A DNA stretch of 63,312 bases, counting the filler, from Choristocarpus tenellus KU-1152 (lineage: Eukaryota; Protista; Phaeophyceae), in assembly GCA_964200185.2 (NCBI GenBank). It is 12 parts of 12 records of this genome, joined end to end, with 100 filler letters (N's around TTAATTAATTAA, not from the genome) between each part and the next. Parts side by side here need not be neighbours in the genome. Positions count along the whole stretch, not along the records: positions 56,782 to 60,423 come from CAXNAD020018781.1; positions 60,524 to 63,312 come from CAXNAD020024746.1; 10 more parts are not named here. One strand, 5' to 3'. The notes under the pieces are model-generated. The model did not search any database. It had not been told where the DNA came from and saw nothing but the letters and a program-made list of their open reading frames with translations. Position numbers and translations under genes: made by a program. Shown here one piece after another: positions 57,075 to 63,312 of the stretch (its first letter is position 1; the number at the start of each line of letters is the position of its first letter).

Positions 57075-57348
57075 GAGTGGAAGTATCTTAGGGTTAGGGT
57101 ACGAGTTTTGCCCTGTTTGTCTGCTTGGGGCTTGGATTCTCACGGGGTTTTTTTGCAACATCTATCTTTTCCGAAATATTTCGGAGTAGATAAAATATGT
57201 ATGTTTTGGAGTAGGTATCATGAATATGTCTGGAACAAGGGTATTGACACTTCCTAACAAACACGAAAGTCCAAATTACATAAAAATAGCAATATCGAAT
57301 TTTGGGCCCCAAACAGATGCAGCTCTACCCTCTAAGATACTTTGACTC
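57075..57348 (-). mobile_element. MITE family A, inverted copy; one TIR carries TTAGGGTTAGGG
   Basis: Reverse-complement homology to 2571-2831. Confidence 0.85.
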
Positions 57349-57812
57349 ATGCGTGATGCAAGTACTACTCCTCTATACTCTGTGGTGAGTGTGCAACATA
57401 ATTTAGCAAATTGGGGAAATGGACCAGGATGTGACATTTAAAAAATCAGAACAATTACTCACTGCAGCCCCGATTCTTGTATATCCTGACTTCACCGAAG
57501 AGTTGTCATACATGTTTATGTCAGTGAGAGTAGTGTTGGAGGTTTTAGCATAACCCCAATCCGATAATCCTAATGACCTAGTATCACTGCTTGTCTCAGG
57601 AGGAAATATAGTGAAGCTCAACATCGCTATTCACCCACATTAATAGAGTGTTATGCAGTCGTATGTCCGGGATATTGCAGATCATGCCGCATTGTGTTTC
57701 TTGTGCATAAAATGCAGGACAACAGTAATATGCTTACTTGTTGGGCTATTGCACATCAAGCTTATGTTTTTACTGTCAAACACAAGCCTGATAAGCTCAA
57801 TGTTATACCTGA

Positions 57813-58074
57813 GAGTGAAAGTATCTTAGAGGGTACGATTTTCCTCCTGCTTGTCCATTTGAGACTTGGCTTCCCATGGTCCCTTTTTATGACATTTTCC
57901 TACTCGAAAATGTTTCAGAGTAGGTAAAATGTATACGTTATGAGAAGGTGTGTCCGGAACAAGGATATTGACACTTCCTAGCAAACATGATATAGCCAAA
58001 GTTACATCAAAAAAGCAACATTGGATTTTGGACCCCAAATGGACGCGGCTCTACCCTCTAAGATATTTTGACTC
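57813..58074 (-). mobile_element. MITE family A, inverted copy inserted into the Gypsy RNase H NxxxDxLSR motif
   Basis: TIRs GAGTGAAAGTATCTTAGAGGGTA and TACCCTCTAAGATATTTTGACTC. Removing the element plus 3 bp restores CCT GAC ACT TTA TCT CGT (PDTLSR). Confidence 0.9.
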
Positions 58075-60863
58075 GTACACTTTATCTCGTATTTTCAAGT
58101 TTGAGGAACAGGAGAAATCCATACCTCCAATGCTGGCACCCATCTGTCGTAATGTACCCAACAGAAATTGTGCATTTACCATACATGTTCAAAAGGAACA
58201 TGAGTAATCTTCTTATAGCCTTGACCAAGCACCGCCCCTCTTAAATGATCGTGAACTATTTTCTAGCTCCACATGTGAATTTCCAACAGTGGACCCGGAG
58301 CAAATGCGCAAGGAGGCGGAGTCAGAGTTTGGACCATATTTCAGGTATTCGCAGTCCTCCACTGTCGCCCCACCACCTGATAAAGAATCAACGATGTCTA
58401 TGTCGTATTTTCTTTTTGTAGTGGCTTACTATATTTGTATTTACCAGGCCATCTTCGTAGAGGAGAGAACATTCAGAGACCAGTTGGTTGTTCGTCGCTC
58501 GTTAGTTCATCTTGTACTCCATGATTATGCGTTGTCTGGAGGCTGCTTAGGTTTCAAACCCAGGTTTGATAGGGTTATAAAGATTCGTATTGGCGGCCAA
58601 AACTTTTCAATATCGATGTTCTTAAATAGTGCCGTGACTATCAATAATCAAAAACTTCTACTGTCACAGCGACCTCATGGGGGCAACAAACGCATAAAGA
58701 CTGCTCGCAACAAACCTGCACTTCGCACTGTCCATGGGTGTTCCAACTCATTAGATCAAGAACTTCTCCTCACGGTCTTTTCCAGTGCGGGCAGTAGACG
58801 CGCGCCGGGAACCCCCCAAAAGGGGAAAGTTAGATTTTTTCTAAAAGTGCCAAAGTAAAGATATCTGTTACTTCGAATATAACGGTTTTCAGATGATTAC
58901 TTACGTCTATAAATATAAAATGAAATGAAATAATGGATGGCAATACATGCGTTTCCACTCTTTATTCACGTCGTAACATTCCAATTGATAAAGAGTAAAC
59001 CTTCATCTGCTGACCTGATATTCACCATCCTTGCTGGACCTTTGGCTGTCGGAGTATCTCAGGAGTCCTGTACAGGCATGAGCGTAGCCTATGGGCTTGT
59101 GGACTGGACCTATATATCCTGTGGAGGCAAGGTTTGGAGCGTGCTGTAACATATGTCCATTGACAGACCATTTCAAGGTGTTGCTATTGATTTGGTAGAG
59201 TACGAAACGCGTTCCCCAGCAGCAAATGGTGTGATAGCTCTCATTCATCTTGTCTGCTATTGGTCACCTCACTCGTTTTGTTGTGCTGTGCTCTGTTCCG
59301 AACAAATAGGCCGCAACAGTTGCTCTTATGCTGGTACAATGCGTATTTTCGATTTTCGGGCACCTGAGATGTTACACTCCGATCAAGGTATCGAATTTTA
59401 AAACAGGTTCGTTGTAGAGTTGCAGTCTGTCTTTACAAAAAAAAAAAAACCACACTGTACCACCCTCAAGGAAATCCTGTGTTAGAGAGAGAGAGTACAG
59501 GCTACGCTGCATTCTATGCTAGCAAAGTGTATCTCTATTGTTGAGGGACAACTGAGCATATTTACTGCCTTTCGTACAGTTAGCCCCTACCACAGCCTTC
59601 GGTGCAAAGTTGTAGGAAACCCAGTTTTTTTTCTGTTTGAAAGACAAGCTCGTTTACCTCTTGATACTATCCTTGGTTCGTCTAATCCTGATTCAGATGT
59701 CACTACTTAGGTGAGTTGTCTACTCAGCAAAGCAAAGATAATTTACAGCTTGCTTTTGAGTTGGCACGACGTAACCTCCATGAACACGTAAAATATTAGG
59801 AACATGCTAACCAACGTCTCGTGTTCCCCGTTTTCATACCTGGTGTGAAAGTTCTAGTCCATAGGGCACATGAGAGTACTGATGGTCCGAATCCTAAGTT
59901 ACCTCACCCTTGGAGGGGCCTGCATGAAGTACATTTGAGGGTATCATCCATCGCGTACAAGGTCATATTGCCTGCAAACCCGCGCCCATTTTCTGTTCAT
60001 CTGGACAGAACCAAACGTTGCTATCCTCGTGTCCAACCTTCCACACTGGACTTGAATGAACACGTTATTATTATTTGTTTCTGGAACACCGTTAGCAATG
60101 CTGGAAGTAGACCGTCGAGTCTCTCAAACCGTTATTGGTCAGTACATCAGCACTCGTGTGTGATAGAGGTGGCTGTTCATTACATCATCTCTTGTTTTCA
60201 TGAAGTGTATTTGTATTGGTCCTCGTGAAACGACTAACCTCCCAAAAAATCAAGATCCAAGTTCTCCACTGGTATGTGATTAAGGCTTCAGAGTGAAACT
60301 ATCTTAGAGGGTACGAATTTTTCCCTGTTTGTCCATTTGTGGCTTCCCATGGATTTTTTAATGACATTTTCCGACTCCAAAATGTTTCGTAGTAGGTAAA
60401 ATATATACATTTGTAGGGCTTGGNNNNNNNNNNNNNNNNNNNNNNNNNNNNNNNNNNNNNNNNNNNNTTAATTAATTAANNNNNNNNNNNNNNNNNNNNN
60501 NNNNNNNNNNNNNNNNNNNNNNNCAAAAATCACGACATTAAAAAATTGACCCCAAATGGACAGCTGCCACCCCCTCCCAGATACTTTGAGCCTAATACGT
60601 TTCAAACGTACGAAAGGAAAAGGTCACAAAAAACTTTTACTCTCTGTCTCTTTTAAATATGAAATCGTATGCTGTTCGATATTCGTGTTTTTGTAACACA
60701 ATTCTCATAAAAATTGTAAAATCTGAGTTTTGAGGATCGACAGACCAGACGACATAAAACAGCACCTCCCATCCCTCAGTCCTCATTTCAATTCATTCCC
60801 TTCCATAGATACCACACAGACCTCTTACTTATCCACCCCCATCACACCCTCCCAATCTTTGCC

Positions 60864-62820
60864 ATGTCCAACATTCCCTCAACAACAACCCACCCGCCCC
60901 CCGATGGAAATGCCCACGGATCCAGAACGCGGGACTTAACTCTGAAGGGCACGTCCCAGCTCCTAGAGCAGCACTACCTCGGCTCGTATAAGATGAAACT
61001 CACAAACGTCACATCCACAGATATGATGCATCCTTTAAGCGAGCGTGGCCTTGCGCACGTGAGGAAGTCTATAAAGGAGAAAGGCTAGCTGGAGCAGTTT
61101 GCTCCAAGTGTTGTCATCCAGCGAGAATGTTTAGGTAATGTGGATCAGCTCAACGCCGAAACTGCGCTTGCCATTGAAGGGCATGTATTAGACGGAAACC
61201 ATACAGTAACGGTGCTGAAGAGAGTGTTTGATCCCCAGCGCGCTTTCACCATGTGGATCTACATGGAGTTCAACCTAGCAGAAGAGAGGCTAATTGCCAA
61301 CGGTGGGTGATGGAGTGTTTTCGTTGTTCCATAATCGCCTGACCGTTCTGATCAAATAAATACCGAAGTAAGTTGAGTGTTTTCGTTATTCCGTGATCGC
61401 CTGATGACTATTCTGATACATGAAGTTGTTGCCGAGTTTCCCTTGCTATGTTCATTGTCAGTCAGCCCATTATGGATATTTTCGTTGCTCATCTTTTTTA
61501 TCCCTCGTGGTATTCCTGTCCACAGCAATATGTTTCTCGGTGCCGCAGGCCGCGTGTGTCCCGCAATCGTTCTCCACCTAAAACCCTAGTCCCGCCATAA
61601 TGTCCTCCTTCCCCACACGAACAATAAACAAACGTGCTGCAGTACACCACAACATCTTTAACCAACACCGGAATAACCCATACATATGTGACAAAACCTT
61701 ATCGCATGGCTAACCCACTTCACTGCCACATTGTTGGGCTATCACATGTACGCACATGATGTTCCAGGTATCCACATCTTTTGTTCAAGAACGTGTAATA
61801 GACCCTTCCTGCCTGCCGGAAGCCTTGGGGCAGACCCTCGTCCCAACGGAGATGCAGCGATGTTTTGCTGAGGCCGTCGATCCTCAGGGAAAGGCAATGG
61901 GACGCGATGAGGCGACCATTTTCGTTGCGAAGACGGTGGTGACGGACTTCGGCTACCAGATTGAGGTGAATGCGGTATAGAATGCTCTAACTTACGTATT
62001 TTGTGAAGATCGAACGGCAGAGTTTAGTTACCGGCACGCAGAAAAGACTATTTTTTTTAATTCTCGAGTCCTAACCTACCTAATGCGGCACCCAAATACA
62101 TCATGTACAAATATGTGGGCCTTACAGGTAAGTATTGCATCGGTAGTGTGTTCGACTTTTTGCCACAATAAGGTTGCCGTTTTTGCACCATCTCGGACGA
62201 TATTACCTCAAAATCACGAACATTCATGAATTGCCGTACTCTGCCCCCCTCCCCTCAACACCCCTCGACCCCACCCAACCCCACCGCCGTCTTTGTCTTC
62301 CAAAATATTCAGCCGCGTGCAAGCTCGTCCTCGAATCCCGCGGAAATGGCCTTGTTCCCGCTTGAAGGGAAAGACTGCAAAGTCGGCGGAAATGACCTCC
62401 CTGCGTGGGTGATCTCGAAGTGTGCAACTCTTGATCAGAGGCCTTCAGTTCGATCTCTCCTGAAGACCAAGAAGAACAATACATTCGTCTACTTTATGGA
62501 GCCAACAACAGACAGCTCAAGCGCATGCTTTCGCCTGGAATGGAGGTGTGTGGACCGGGCGCAGAGCTCTACTTGTGCGTGGCAGCCACTTGCCCTCTGT
62601 ACTACATGCGTTGGACAGAGAAGGCAGACGACGCAAACATCGAATTCACATCAAAAGTGCCACAGAGCGGAAGCCGTCAACAGGTCCTCCTCCCCTTCTC
62701 CCAGGTTGGCCCCAGACAGATGTTCGTCACGCCCGTGGTCGGGAGGGTGTGCAAACCCCGGGCAAAGAATAACACCAGATCACCATTCAACACACTCCCG
62801 GATCTTAGGGTAGTGCGTTC
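60864..62820 (+). pseudogene. Decayed spliced gene with an N-terminal ParB/Srx-like domain (60864-61302) and further exon-like blocks at 61768-61965 and ~62312-62820
   Basis: Reading through one TAG (61086-61088) gives HPLSERGLAHVRKSIKEKG*LEQFAPSVVI...GHVLDGNHTVTVLK...EERLIAN, the ParB N-domain pattern. GT donor at 61303; CAG acceptor at 61767. Confidence 0.62.
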
Positions 62821-63312
62821 TCGTGGGTTCGAAGTGGTGGATTCGGACTCAGAATTGACGCCAATGACCACTAGAAAGCGCAAGTGGGTGGAAAGGAGGA
62901 AGGTCGCAACGTATGGAGGGGTGCAGGTGATTCTGCCATGGAAGACGACCCGGAGTATGTCAGCAGCGCGGAGGAGGACGAGGAGGAAGAAGAAGATGGG
63001 TTAAGGTATGATACAGAGAAGGATGAAGGGGCTGACGAAAAGGAGTAAGAAGATAATCGGGACGGGGGGCGGGAAGGAGGGAAGGGGGGGGTGAGAGGCG
63101 GGTGGGCGCACACGTTGGCAAAGTAATGATTGACCAACGGCAAACAGAGGATACGGGAGTGTTTTTTGTTGATGATGTCTCGTTCGTCCAGTACTTAGTT
63201 CAAGCAGATTGTTTGTGTGTCTCTTGAATTCCCGGTAACATGCTTACGAGAGTTGGCGCCCATTATTGCTTCGGGTGACGTGCAGAACTTCTTGCGGTGG
63301 CAGGGGGAGGAG

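Larger units (their letters stand above)
56800..60290 (+). mobile_element. Decayed Ty3/Gypsy pol (protease tail, RNase H, integrase), RT core apparently missing, with family A MITE insertions
   Basis: TANGLPINICG...FGAILDW, LTAAPILVYPDF, VKHKPDKLNVIP(D)TLSR, RPFQGVAIDL, LHSDQGIEF, YHPQGN..LER, PKLPHPWRG; many stops and frameshifts. Confidence 0.88.

Overview
Eukaryotic, intron-rich, repeat-rich DNA. By inference it comes from an ochrophyte, probably a brown alga (long spliceosomal introns, CPW-type ankyrin repeats, HS3ST-like sulfotransferase, scattered TTAGGG). The window is 12 contig-sized pieces joined by an artificial 100-bp linker (N44-TTAATTAATTAA-N44). Genes are cut at the linkers and the two sides usually do not match, so neighbourhoods across linkers cannot be trusted. 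Most ORF-track entries are spurious. Splicing by hand recovers one complete 5-exon four-TM membrane protein gene, partial genes for NAF1, a sulfotransferase, a DUF1365 protein and a fatty acyl-AMP ligase (FAAL, with a GC-AG intron), a single-ORF F-box-like/15x ankyrin-repeat protein, and a decayed ParB/Srx-like gene. Mobile DNA includes an open Copia integrase, a Gypsy-like 5' region (tRNA-Gln PBS, RS-rich gag with CCCH finger), a decayed Gypsy pol, an RTE-like LINE, a DD39D mariner relic, a Stowaway-like MITE, weak piggyBac-like relics and four GAG-terminal MITE families. Best leads for something new are the ParB-like relic (possibly methylase-linked), the DUF1365 gene (possible furan fatty acid enzyme), the FAAL, and TTAGGG written into a MITE terminus. 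No complete novel system can be proven from this window alone.
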